DNA of 64,000 nucleotides from Tyzzerella sp. UBA1042 (GTDB taxonomy: Bacteria; Bacillota; Clostridia; Lachnospirales; Anaerotignaceae): positions 3,002-67,001 of the forward strand of contig DCDZ01000028.1 of the NCBI GenBank assembly GCA_002316675.1, given 5' to 3'. Positions 29,592 to 38,883 of this stretch are shown one piece after another. Within the stretch, counting starts at the first letter, position 1, and every line of letters begins with the position of its first letter. Below the pieces are notes generated by a model that saw only the letters and a list, made by a program, of their open reading frames with translations, searched no databases and had not been told where the DNA came from. The translations under genes were made by a program, and so were the position numbers.

Positions 29592-30695
29592 ATGGCTTTC
29601 AATAGTGCGGATATAAATTCGTTTCAGGATATTTGGGTATTTTGTGAGCAGAGAGAGGGAAAGCTGGTAAACACGGATTTTGAATTAATCTCAGAAGGCA
29701 GAAAATTGGCTGACGAACGTGGGTCTAAGCTTGTCGGCATTTTGCTTGGGCACAAGGTAGGAGAGATTGCCAAGGAATTGGGTGGATATGGCGCGGATAA
29801 AATCATTGTTTGTGACCATCCGGACTTGAAATTTTACACCACAGATGCATATGCAAGGGTGCTTTGTGATGCGGTTATGGAGGAAAAGCCCGAAGTTATT
29901 TTAATCGGCGCTACCAATATTGGGCGTGATCTGGGGCCAAGATGCGCGGCACGCTTACATACCGGCTTGACAGCGGATTGTACGCATCTGGATATTGATA
30001 TGAAGAAATATGTGGATTTTCTTTCTACATCCTCTACCTTGGATGTCGCATCTATGTCGTTCCCCATGGCGGACACAAATTTGAAAATGACACGTCCGGC
30101 GTTCGGCGGACATTTGATGGCAACGATTATTTGCCCTCGTTTTCGTCCTTGTATGTCTACAGTGCGTCCGGGGGTAATGAAGAAATCAGAGTTTAGTCAG
30201 GCAAAGGCGGATGCGTGTGAAATTGAATTGCGTCAGGTTGCTCTTTCTAAAGAGGATTTGAAAACAAAGGTAGTCGACATCGTGAAGGAAGCGAAAAAAA
30301 TCGTTGATTTAATCGGTGCAGAAATCATTGTCTCCGTAGGACGTGGTATCAGTAAGGATGTGGAAGGAGGCATTGCTCTGGCAGAAAAGCTGGCTGATGC
30401 CTTTGGAAATGGCGTTGTGGGCGGTTCTCGTGCGGTAATTGATTCCGGTTGGCTTCCTGCGGATCATCAGGTTGGTCAAACGGGAAAGACTGTTCACCCG
30501 AAGGTATATGTTGCGCTAGGTATTTCCGGTGCAATTCAGCATAAAGCAGGTATGCAGGATTCTGAATTGATTATTGCGGTGAATAAAGATGAAACAGCAC
30601 CTATTTTTGACTGTGCGGATTATGGAATAACAGGAGATTTGTTTCAGATCGTTCCGATGATGATCGAGGCAGTAATAGAAGGAAAAAATGCATAA
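29592..30695 (+). CDS. etfA: electron transfer flavoprotein alpha subunit
   Basis: Contains the FAD-binding C-terminal motifs VGQTGKTVHPKVYVALGISGAIQH and IIAVNKDETAPIF. Confidence 0.9.
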   Translation: MAFNSADINSFQDIWVFCEQREGKLVNTDFELISEGRKLADERGSKLVGILLGHKVGEIAKELGGYGADKIIVCDHPDLKFYTTDAYARVLCDAVMEEKPEVILIGATNIGRDLGPRCAARLHTGLTADCTHLDIDMKKYVDFLSTSSTLDVASMSFPMADTNLKMTRPAFGGHLMATIICPRFRPCMSTVRPGVMKKSEFSQAKADACEIELRQVALSKEDLKTKVVDIVKEAKKIVDLIGAEIIVSVGRGISKDVEGGIALAEKLADAFGNGVVGGSRAVIDSGWLPADHQVGQTGKTVHPKVYVALGISGAIQHKAGMQDSELIIAVNKDETAPIFDCADYGITGDLFQIVPMMIEAVIEGKNA

Positions 30696-30947
30696 GTGTA
30701 CAAAAGGATAAAATGCTAGGTATTGGTAATGTTTCGGCTGATAGAAGCATTACCGGTGCAGCTAAAAATTTTCATTTTAGATTAGATGGCAATCAATGCA
30801 TTCCATGAAAAAAGGGAAATGGTTTCTGATTGCAGGACATGGAAAACCATGGTTTTACAAAAAATTCTTTCTGCATTTTAAGGAGTGCGATTGTAAGCCC
30901 AAGGGGGTTGTCCTCTAAAAGAGTTCTTTTGCAAAAAGAAAAGGGGA

Positions 30948-31328
30948 ATGACTATGAAGGAAGAAAATGTAACATTTCGTTATAGGATGTCGGATAGAGA
31001 TGTGTTTTACGGCGGCGGTGTAGTCAATGGCGCAAGAAGCATTACCCTTGCCAATGATGCTGCAAACCGACTGATGGCAAAGGTATTTCAAAATACAGGG
31101 CATTGCGTTGAGGTGAAAAAGGTGAGACTTTACGATCCTTGTTTTGCTGGGGATTATATGGAATTTATAGCAAGAGTGAAAAAAATGGAGGGAAACCGGG
31201 CTGTGATTGAAGTACGCTCCTTTAAAATTATTGAGGTGCCGGAAAATCCACTATATCCCAGCTCTATTGATGTACTTTCCAAGCCACCATTGTCTACGGT
31301 AGTGCAATTTGTTTATGAATCATACTAA
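30948..31328 (+). CDS. hotdog-fold protein, aminoacyl-CoA ammonia-lyase-like (copy 1)
   Basis: 126 aa with FRYRMSDRDVFYGGGVVNGARSITLAND...GDYMEFIARVKKMEGNRAVIEVRSFKI. Its size and pattern resemble, from memory, the small hotdog beta-alanyl-CoA / 3-aminobutyryl-CoA ammonia-lyases. The function is tentative. Confidence 0.6.
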   Translation: MTMKEENVTFRYRMSDRDVFYGGGVVNGARSITLANDAANRLMAKVFQNTGHCVEVKKVRLYDPCFAGDYMEFIARVKKMEGNRAVIEVRSFKIIEVPENPLYPSSIDVLSKPPLSTVVQFVYESY

Positions 31329-31355
31329 GCATTGTATTGACAGGAGAGAAAAATT

Positions 31356-32537
31356 ATGAAAAAAGCGCTGGAGGGTTTGAAGGTAATTGATCTTACAACG
31401 GCATTAAACGGGCCTTTTTGCACCATGATATTAGCAGACTATGGCGCAGAGGTTTTAAAAATTGAGCCGATTGAAGGGGAGCAATGTCGTTTTTGGGGCC
31501 CCTTGGATGAAAAAAGCGGTGAAAGCGGATTCTACAATTATGTAAACCGAAATAAAAAGGGTGCCACGTTGAATTTGAAGACGGAAAAAGGATTGCAGTT
31601 GTTTTATGATATTGTAAAAGATGCAGATATTCTGGTGGAAAATTTCAGGGGCGGCGTCACAAAAAAACTGAAAATTGATTATGAAATAATTAAAAAAATA
31701 AATCCTAACATTATTTATGCATCCGGCTCCGGTTTTGGGCAGTATGGTCCCGTTACCCACCGCCCATGCTATGACATTGTTGCCCAAGCTATGGGCGGGA
31801 TGATCAATTTAACGGGCTTTAAGGATAGAGACCCCGTGAAGGTTGGGCCGTCTGTGGCGGATCACGTTGCCGGAATTTATTTGGCGCTGGGGGTTATGAT
31901 AGCGCTTTACAACCGTAAGGTGACAGGGGTAGGACAGCAGGTGGACGTGGCAATGTTTGACACCATTTTCAGCATTTTGGAGAATGCTTTGGTGAACTAT
32001 ACCATGGGCGGAGTAATTACCGAAAGAAATGGCAATGTTGACCCATCCATTTCACCCTTTGATGTGTACGATTGTAAGGATGGGTTTGTGGCACTGGGCG
32101 TAGGGAATGACAGACTGTTCAATACGTTTTGCAATACCATTGGCCACCCGGAGCTTCTAGAAGACCCTCGTTATGCCACAAATCATTTGCGCTGTAATAA
32201 CTATATCCCGGAATTACAAAATACCATTCGCCGGTGGTGCGAAGGATATACCAAAAGTGAAATCGAAAACATCATGGATCAAGCGGGGATTCCCTGCGGC
32301 CCTGTTTTAAACGTGAAGGAGGCCATTGAGCATCCTCACATTCAGGCAAGAGAAATGATGGTGCATTGTCAACATCCCACGGCGGGAGATCAGTATTTTC
32401 AAGGCTGTGTGATTAAGCTTTCCGAGACACCCGGAGAGGTATATACATCATCTCCGCTGTTAGGCCAGCATAATAAAGAAATTTTTGGATTAACAGAAGA
32501 AGCGGTTAAAAAGCTGAAAAAAGAAGGCGTTATGTAA
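31356..32537 (+). CDS. family III CoA-transferase (CaiB/BaiF family)
   Basis: The N-terminus LEGLKVIDLTTALNGPFCTMILADYGAEVLKIEP is typical of the family. Length is 393 aa. Confidence 0.9.
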   Translation: MKKALEGLKVIDLTTALNGPFCTMILADYGAEVLKIEPIEGEQCRFWGPLDEKSGESGFYNYVNRNKKGATLNLKTEKGLQLFYDIVKDADILVENFRGGVTKKLKIDYEIIKKINPNIIYASGSGFGQYGPVTHRPCYDIVAQAMGGMINLTGFKDRDPVKVGPSVADHVAGIYLALGVMIALYNRKVTGVGQQVDVAMFDTIFSILENALVNYTMGGVITERNGNVDPSISPFDVYDCKDGFVALGVGNDRLFNTFCNTIGHPELLEDPRYATNHLRCNNYIPELQNTIRRWCEGYTKSEIENIMDQAGIPCGPVLNVKEAIEHPHIQAREMMVHCQHPTAGDQYFQGCVIKLSETPGEVYTSSPLLGQHNKEIFGLTEEAVKKLKKEGVM

Positions 32538-32590
32538 TCTTTAACTAGGAAATTTTATTTATAAAATAAAGAAGGGCGAGGTGTAGTTTT

Positions 32591-33049
32591 ATGAGAAAGG
32601 TATCTATTTTAAGTTATAACATGACCACAGCCGACGGCGCAAATCAGGATGGGTTAATTCCCATTGGCCGCCAGTTTGATTTTATTGGAGATGTGGAAAC
32701 GGAGGAAATGATCCTGGTAGACGGGGACGAATCTCTTTGCTTAGGCTACGAGGATGTAAAATGCTACAAGGATGTTTATGTTGGCGATATGATTGATTTT
32801 AAAGCGACGCTAACCAATGTGGGGAACACCTCCCGCGATTGCTGGATTGAGGTATTTAAGCTGGCAACTCCTGCATTCCGGGAAGGAAAAACTGATTGTA
32901 TGCCGGGAGAGATGGTTTGGTTTGACGAACCTATTTTATGCACCGAAGGAAAGGTACGTTTAGTTGTAAAGAAGCACTTGCAGCGTGGGGCACAGCCGGA
33001 AGGCAAAGTGATAGAGCCGTGGCGCCCATTGTCAGATTTTCCGGAATAA
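32591..33049 (+). CDS. hotdog-fold protein, aminoacyl-CoA ammonia-lyase-like (longer paralog)
   Basis: 152 aa with ...EEMILVDGDESLCLGYEDVKCYKDVYVGDMIDFKATLTNVGNTSRDCWIEVFKL. It is distantly similar in pattern to the two 126-aa proteins. The function is tentative. Confidence 0.55.
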   Translation: MRKVSILSYNMTTADGANQDGLIPIGRQFDFIGDVETEEMILVDGDESLCLGYEDVKCYKDVYVGDMIDFKATLTNVGNTSRDCWIEVFKLATPAFREGKTDCMPGEMVWFDEPILCTEGKVRLVVKKHLQRGAQPEGKVIEPWRPLSDFPE

Positions 33050-33074
33050 GCGATATATTCTGATAGAAAGGGGA

Positions 33075-33455
33075 ATGAATATGAATGAGCAAATTGTAAC
33101 CTATCGTTACAGAATGTCGGATAGAGATGTTTTTTACGGCGGCGGTGTAGTAAATGGCGCAAGAAGCATTACCCTTGCCAATGATGCTGCAAACCGTTTG
33201 ATGGCAAAGGTATACCAAAATACCGGACATTGCATTGAAGTGAAAAAAGTAAGGCTGTATGAGCCCTGTTTTGCGGGGGATTATATGGAATTTATAGCAA
33301 GAGTGAAAAAAATGGAGGGAAACCGGGCTGTGATTGAAGTACGTTCCTTTAAAATTATTGAAGTGCCGGAAAATCCGCCGTATCCCAGTTCTATTGATGT
33401 ACTACCTGAGCCGCCCCTGTCTACGGTGGTACAGTTTGTTTACGAAACATATTGA
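33075..33455 (+). CDS. hotdog-fold protein, aminoacyl-CoA ammonia-lyase-like (copy 2)
   Basis: 126 aa, about 90 percent identical to the product of 30948-31328, with long stretches of identical nucleotides. Confidence 0.6.
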   Translation: MNMNEQIVTYRYRMSDRDVFYGGGVVNGARSITLANDAANRLMAKVYQNTGHCIEVKKVRLYEPCFAGDYMEFIARVKKMEGNRAVIEVRSFKIIEVPENPPYPSSIDVLPEPPLSTVVQFVYETY

Positions 33456-33459
33456 ACAA

Positions 33460-33996
33460 ATGAATACCATAGCGTGTATTAAATCCAGAAGAAGTATCCG
33501 CCGGTATTTACCCAGGAAGGTTGCGCACGAGATCATTGAAGAGTTGATTGCGTGTGCTAAGTGGGCACCTTCATGGAATAATTGCAAGGCTGTGCGGTAT
33601 ACGGTTGTGGAGCGGGAGGAAGATTTAAAAGAACTTGCAGATACTCTGGTTGCATCAGAAAATATCCATATTGTTAGAAATGCACCGCTGATATTTATTA
33701 TTTCCAATGTGAAAAAGCGTTCTGGATATGAACGGGACGGACATACCTCTTCTGCCAAAGGGGATAGCTGGGAAATGTTTGATGCGGGTGCGGCATGCCA
33801 AACCTTATGCCTTGCAGCAGCGGAGCTGGGGCTGGGAACGGTGATTATGGGTACTTTTGATGAGATTGGTATTGGAAGGTTTGCAGGCATACCGGAGAAT
33901 GAAGAAATCATTGCGTTGGTTGCCTGCGGATATGCCGATGAAACACCCAAAGCACCACGAAGAAAAGAGGTAGCAGAGATACTGCGGTATTTATAA
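33460..33996 (+). CDS. nitroreductase family protein
   Basis: MNTIACIKSRRSIRRYL...APSWNNCKAVRY is the typical nitroreductase N-terminus. The start is taken at an internal Met (33460), not the ORF-track start that overlaps the previous gene. Confidence 0.85.
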   Translation: MNTIACIKSRRSIRRYLPRKVAHEIIEELIACAKWAPSWNNCKAVRYTVVEREEDLKELADTLVASENIHIVRNAPLIFIISNVKKRSGYERDGHTSSAKGDSWEMFDAGAACQTLCLAAAELGLGTVIMGTFDEIGIGRFAGIPENEEIIALVACGYADETPKAPRRKEVAEILRYL

Positions 33997-34227
33997 TTGC
34001 TACAAAAAGTATATAGTTTGGGATTGATATAATGAATATGCTCCTCGGTCAAAGCGGCTGGGGGGCATTTGCTTTTAGGGGGAAATACAGTATGGCAGCG
34101 AACTGTTTTAAAATATGGAAATGCTTGCATTTAAGGATGCCGAAAGTTTCATAGCGCCATTACAAGAGTAAAGGACAACGCTCAGATAGTATGGTAAAAT
34201 CCGGGCGTTGTCTGTATGTAGGCATGA

Positions 34228-35091
34228 TTATTTTTCTTGCTTTTTTTCAATCGGAACAATTATTTTGGTAACATGCTCGTCGATGTTATTAATGTCTAAG
34301 GGAGAGATTATAAATTCTTCAGAAACAGGACCAACAACTTTGTATTGGTTTTGGTTAATCCACTGAACCAGACGAATATGTGTATGAATAATATCGGCAT
34401 AATTTCCCGTATGAATCGCAGTAGCAGCAGTAAAGTTTCCAAAATCTCTGAAGCAGTTTTCTTCCTCCTGATTATCTACAGTAATGCCGAATTCAATATC
34501 TATATCAGAATATAGAAATTGCTCAAGAAGATTACAGTAATAGGTTACAATAATTGTCCCTTTACTTTTTACTTTTAGATTGTCGCATAAATCAAGAATT
34601 TCCACCCAACGATGCACTGAAACATCAATGTTAGAATAGTTTGACATAGTTTTTCGTGTGAAAACCAAATGCATTTGCGGAACTTCCTCCAGTTTAATAT
34701 CCTCCAGCGAAATGGATTCCTTTAAATTTAAAAGGTGTACCCCTGTTTTCAAACGCTGTAAAAAAGCACTGGTAGATGCATATTTTCGCTGCATACAGTT
34801 GATTTCTTCCAAGAGCTCGTTCAGTTTGGTTTCAATATTTTTTTCAAGATCACCTGCTTTGTTGCCTGTAATAATACATTGAATTTCTTTTAAGCTAAAA
34901 TCCATGGAACGAAGCTTTCGTATGATACATAATGTTACCAGTTGGTCCTTACTGTAATATCTATATCTGTTCACTTCATCTCGAAATTCAGGAACCACAA
35001 GTTCTATTTCGTCATAGTAGCGCAAAGTTTTGCTGGGAATGTTACAAATTTCAGAAACTTCTCTAATTGAGAATTTGTAATCATGGCTCAT
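34228..35091 (-). CDS. MerR family transcriptional regulator with a GyrI-like effector-binding domain
   Basis: MSHDYKFSIREVSEICNIPSKTLRYYDEIELVVPE is a MerR HTH, followed by a coiled coil and a C-terminal domain of about 150 aa. GGGAGGGTGAG RBS lies before the ATG at 35091. Confidence 0.85.
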   Translation of the reverse strand: MSHDYKFSIREVSEICNIPSKTLRYYDEIELVVPEFRDEVNRYRYYSKDQLVTLCIIRKLRSMDFSLKEIQCIITGNKAGDLEKNIETKLNELLEEINCMQRKYASTSAFLQRLKTGVHLLNLKESISLEDIKLEEVPQMHLVFTRKTMSNYSNIDVSVHRWVEILDLCDNLKVKSKGTIIVTYYCNLLEQFLYSDIDIEFGITVDNQEEENCFRDFGNFTAATAIHTGNYADIIHTHIRLVQWINQNQYKVVGPVSEEFIISPLDINNIDEHVTKIIVPIEKKQEK

Positions 35092-35314
35092 TTTCTCACC
35101 CTCCCCATAAAAGATATAAATTAGTATAGCATATTTGGTTAAATATATCAAATTTAAAGGAGGGAATATAGTAAAATTATTTTTAAGCATGATTTTTTTG
35201 TACACTTTCTGTTTGAACTATGTATATAAGGAATAAAAAATACGTTAGAATCCTGCAACAGGAATGTTTTGATAAAAAAATTTTTTTTTATCGGAAATTT
35301 ATGTTTATTTATTA

Positions 35315-35345
35315 TTGACATTCCCCCAACTGCAATTGCTATAAT
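35315..35345 (+). promoter_or_regulatory. consensus sigma-A-type promoter with 19-nt spacer (MerR-type architecture)
   Basis: TTGACA (35315-35320), a 19-nt spacer ttcccccaactgcaattgc, then TATAAT (35340-35345). It is divergent from the MerR gene and points toward the dihydropyrimidinase operon. Confidence 0.5.
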
Positions 35346-35728
35346 TTGATTATAGAAATTGTTAATTTAGGATATTTTTAGATTTGTTTACATTAAAATT
35401 TTGATGTTAATTTGCAAAATTTCATTATGATAGATAAGGAATTCGGAAAAAACTAATAATAAAATTCAATTGTCAGCACTATATTTTTACTTAATTATTT
35501 GTCTGACAATATAAAGAAAAAGCTTAATTGCATAGAATTTGTGAAAAAAAATACTGAATTGTGTGAATGAAAACTCAAGGTACTAAGCTTATTGCTATGC
35601 TTTATAATAAAACATAGTGCGAAATAAGTGTAAACATAATAACCATATAACATTATCTGGAAAGGGGGATGTGAATTTAAGGAAAAGTCAAATAAATGTC
35701 TATTTACTAACAAGGAAGGTGAGTGTTC

Positions 35729-37087
35729 ATGGACTTATTAATTAAAAATGGTACGATTGTAACAGAAAAAGAAATGTTCCAAGGCGATATTGCAGTAAAA
35801 GATGGAATTATAGCAGAAATTGGAAAAGATCTCTCAGACATTTCTTGTAAAAATGTTGTAGATGCAAAGGGAAAGCTTGTTTTGCCCGGCGCAATTGATG
35901 CACATACACATCTTGCTATGCCTTTTGGTGGAACGGTTTCTGCTGATGGCTATTATGCGGGCACCAGAGCAGCTGCTTGTGGCGGCACTACCACAGTATT
36001 TGATTTTGCTTTGCAGGATTTTGACGAAAGAATGATGGATGTCGTTAGAAGAAGAGATGCTCTTGCTGCACCGGAGGCCGCTGTGGATTATGCTTTTCAT
36101 ATCGGCGTAAAGGATGTTCATTGTGATCTTTTGGATTCCATGAAAGAGGCTGTTGAATTTGGCGTTCCCTCCTTTAAGGTTTTTATGGTTTACGATTTTG
36201 GTGTAACAGACGGTGTATTTTATAGAGTGCTTGAAAAAGCAAAAGAAATTGGTGCACTCATTTGTGTTCATGCGGAAAATAATGAATTAATCAACACCCT
36301 TGTAGAGAGATATATTTCAGAGGGAAAAACAAGCCCTTGGTATCATTATATGTCCCGTCCCGAATTTGTAGAGGCGGAGGCGGATTTCAGAGCAATTTCA
36401 TGGGCAAAATCTCTGGATGCTCCACTTTACATAGTACATTTAGCGAATGAAAAAGGTGTTGAATATGTAGCGAAGGCAAGAGAAGAAGGATATCGCATTT
36501 ATGCGGAAACTTGTCCTCAATATTTGCACTTCACCAGTGATGTTTATAAAAGAGAAGACGGCAGAAATTTTGTTTGTTCTCCTCCTATGAAGGGGCAAAA
36601 AAGTCAGGATGCACTTTGGAAGGCAGTGAAACAGGGTATCATCGATACGATTGCCACAGACCATTGCCCATTCCAACAGTCTGAAAAAGATTGGGGCAAG
36701 GATGATTTTAGAAAAATTCCCAATGGCTGTGCAGGCGTGGAAAATATGTATCCTTATATGCTTGACAAGGCAAACAAAGGAGACATAACTTTTATGAAAG
36801 CTGTTGAAATATGCTCCTCCAATCCGGCACGGATTTTTGGATGTACACAAAAAGGCAGTTTAACGGTAGGCAAGGATGCGGATATTGTTATTTATGATAC
36901 AGAAAAAGATTTTACAATCAAATGCGAAAATATGCATTCTGATTATGACCATACAATTTGGGAAGGAACAAAACTTCATGGCTATCCTGTGAAAACCTTC
37001 TCAAGAGGACGCCTTGTTTATGATGAAGGTGAATTTAAGGGCGAACCCGGATGGGGCAAGTTGATCAAAAGAAGGTTGAGCGAATAA
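35729..37087 (+). CDS. dihydropyrimidinase / D-hydantoinase
   Basis: MDLLIKNGTIVT...LVLPGAIDAHTHLAMPFGG...GGTTTVFDF, plus VHAEN and ATDHCPF motifs of cyclic amidohydrolases. Confidence 0.9.
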   Translation: MDLLIKNGTIVTEKEMFQGDIAVKDGIIAEIGKDLSDISCKNVVDAKGKLVLPGAIDAHTHLAMPFGGTVSADGYYAGTRAAACGGTTTVFDFALQDFDERMMDVVRRRDALAAPEAAVDYAFHIGVKDVHCDLLDSMKEAVEFGVPSFKVFMVYDFGVTDGVFYRVLEKAKEIGALICVHAENNELINTLVERYISEGKTSPWYHYMSRPEFVEAEADFRAISWAKSLDAPLYIVHLANEKGVEYVAKAREEGYRIYAETCPQYLHFTSDVYKREDGRNFVCSPPMKGQKSQDALWKAVKQGIIDTIATDHCPFQQSEKDWGKDDFRKIPNGCAGVENMYPYMLDKANKGDITFMKAVEICSSNPARIFGCTQKGSLTVGKDADIVIYDTEKDFTIKCENMHSDYDHTIWEGTKLHGYPVKTFSRGRLVYDEGEFKGEPGWGKLIKRRLSE

Positions 37088-37112
37088 AATCTAATAAGAT
37101 GGAGAGGGTTAT

Positions 37113-38711
37113 ATGAGTAAATATACGCAGCAGGAAAAGAACGGGCTTTACGAATTAACGCCGGAAGCTGCTTCCGAACTGAGTAACTCTGAGTATTACA
37201 ATCAGGATTTAGCTCCCACCACGGTAAATGAAAGAACATGGAATGCGGTAAGCATCTGTAACCTTTGGGTAGGTATGTCGATTTGTGTTCCATCCTTGGC
37301 ATTGGCCTCCTCCTTGGTTGCATTGGGCATTTCACCCTTACTTGCAGTTTTTAATGTTATTTTGGGAAACTTGATTGTGTTAATTCCAATTCAGTTAAAT
37401 TCTAAAATCGGAACCAAATATGGCATTCCGTTTCCCATTTTTTCCAGAATGACATTTGGAAATAAGGGAACACAGCTGCCGACATTTTCCCGGTCAATCA
37501 TCGCTTGCGGTTGGACCGCAGTACAAAGCTGGGTTGGCGGCGGTGCGGTTGCTGCTTTAATTGGTGTTGCAATTCCAATGTTTGCTGATCAAAGTATAAA
37601 GGTTTCTCTTCCCGGAAACGACGGTGTTGTTGTAGGACAGTTGATTGGATTCTTCCTGTTTATGCTTTTTGTATTTTTGGTTGCATACAACGGGATTGAA
37701 AAGGTAAAATGGGTTCAAAATATTGGCGGTCCTATTCTGATTATTGTAATTTTAGGCTTGCTGTTATGGTCTTTAAATGCAATTTCAACCTCGGGCCATT
37801 CTATGGCAGATGTATTTGCTGTTGGCAATGATGAGGTACTGATTGAACAAAATGGTGGATTTGCCTTTGTATATATGGCTGGGCTAACGGGTAACATTGC
37901 CTTTTGGGCAACCATGGCTCTCAATATTCCTGACTTCTCAAGATATGCAAAGAGCCAGAAAAGCCAGTTTATGGGTCAGTTGACAGGTATGCCTATTCCT
38001 ATGGCATTATGCGCTTTTGTTGGTGCACTGTTTGCTCAGGCTACAAAATATACAGTTGGCGAAGCTTTATTTGACCCCACAAGTGTTTTCTACTATGTAG
38101 ACAATAAGCTGATGGTTATCATCTGTGCCATAGGTGTAATTATGGCTACCATTACAACTTGTGTTGCGGCCAATGTGGTTGCTCCTGCCAATGGTTTCTC
38201 CAATATTGCACCTAAGAAAATCAGCTATAAGAAGGGTGTAATCATTACTTGCCTTATCGCAACCTTTATCACACAGCCTTGGTGGATTTATGGTTCCGGA
38301 TCCAGCTATATTTTCAATTGGCTGAATAATTATGGAACCATCATTGCGCCGGTTGCCGCAATTTTAATTGCTGACTACTTTATCTGTAAAAAGCAGCTGG
38401 TTGATGTTGCTGGGTTATATCAGGGTGAAGGCGGAAGATATTGGTATAGCGGTGGATGGAACAAAAATGCAATGATTGCATGGGTAGTTTCCTTTATTAT
38501 TCCACTGGTGGGCAATACTGCATTGAAATATCAAGCAGGTTCAGGCTTAAAGCCAAACTTCATACAATTCTTGGCTGCAAATGGGTACGCTGTATCTTTC
38601 ATCATTGCCATTGTTGTTTATGTAGCTTTGATGAAATCCACGGTAGGCAAGGATCACTATGGATTTGTATCAGAAGAAGAGCATGAGAGTTTTACAATGA
38701 ACGGAAATTAA
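37113..38711 (+). CDS. NCS1 family nucleobase (uracil/cytosine/allantoin-type) permease
   Basis: 532 aa with about 12 TM segments. The N-terminal motif NQDLAPTTVNERTWN is typical of NCS1 transporters. Confidence 0.88.
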   Translation: MSKYTQQEKNGLYELTPEAASELSNSEYYNQDLAPTTVNERTWNAVSICNLWVGMSICVPSLALASSLVALGISPLLAVFNVILGNLIVLIPIQLNSKIGTKYGIPFPIFSRMTFGNKGTQLPTFSRSIIACGWTAVQSWVGGGAVAALIGVAIPMFADQSIKVSLPGNDGVVVGQLIGFFLFMLFVFLVAYNGIEKVKWVQNIGGPILIIVILGLLLWSLNAISTSGHSMADVFAVGNDEVLIEQNGGFAFVYMAGLTGNIAFWATMALNIPDFSRYAKSQKSQFMGQLTGMPIPMALCAFVGALFAQATKYTVGEALFDPTSVFYYVDNKLMVIICAIGVIMATITTCVAANVVAPANGFSNIAPKKISYKKGVIITCLIATFITQPWWIYGSGSSYIFNWLNNYGTIIAPVAAILIADYFICKKQLVDVAGLYQGEGGRYWYSGGWNKNAMIAWVVSFIIPLVGNTALKYQAGSGLKPNFIQFLAANGYAVSFIIAIVVYVALMKSTVGKDHYGFVSEEEHESFTMNGN

Positions 38712-38883
38712 AGGCTTTAGAAATTTTGAACGCAATGCTTGTTCATAACGGACAGTGTTTTATAACACATATGTATTGCATTGCGGTGCAATACACTTTG
38801 GACTATCCCCTTGGCGTAAAGCCAAGAATCCAAACGCCCGTTTCATAAAGGTTGAAAAGATAAGTGATAGAAAGAAGGAATGA

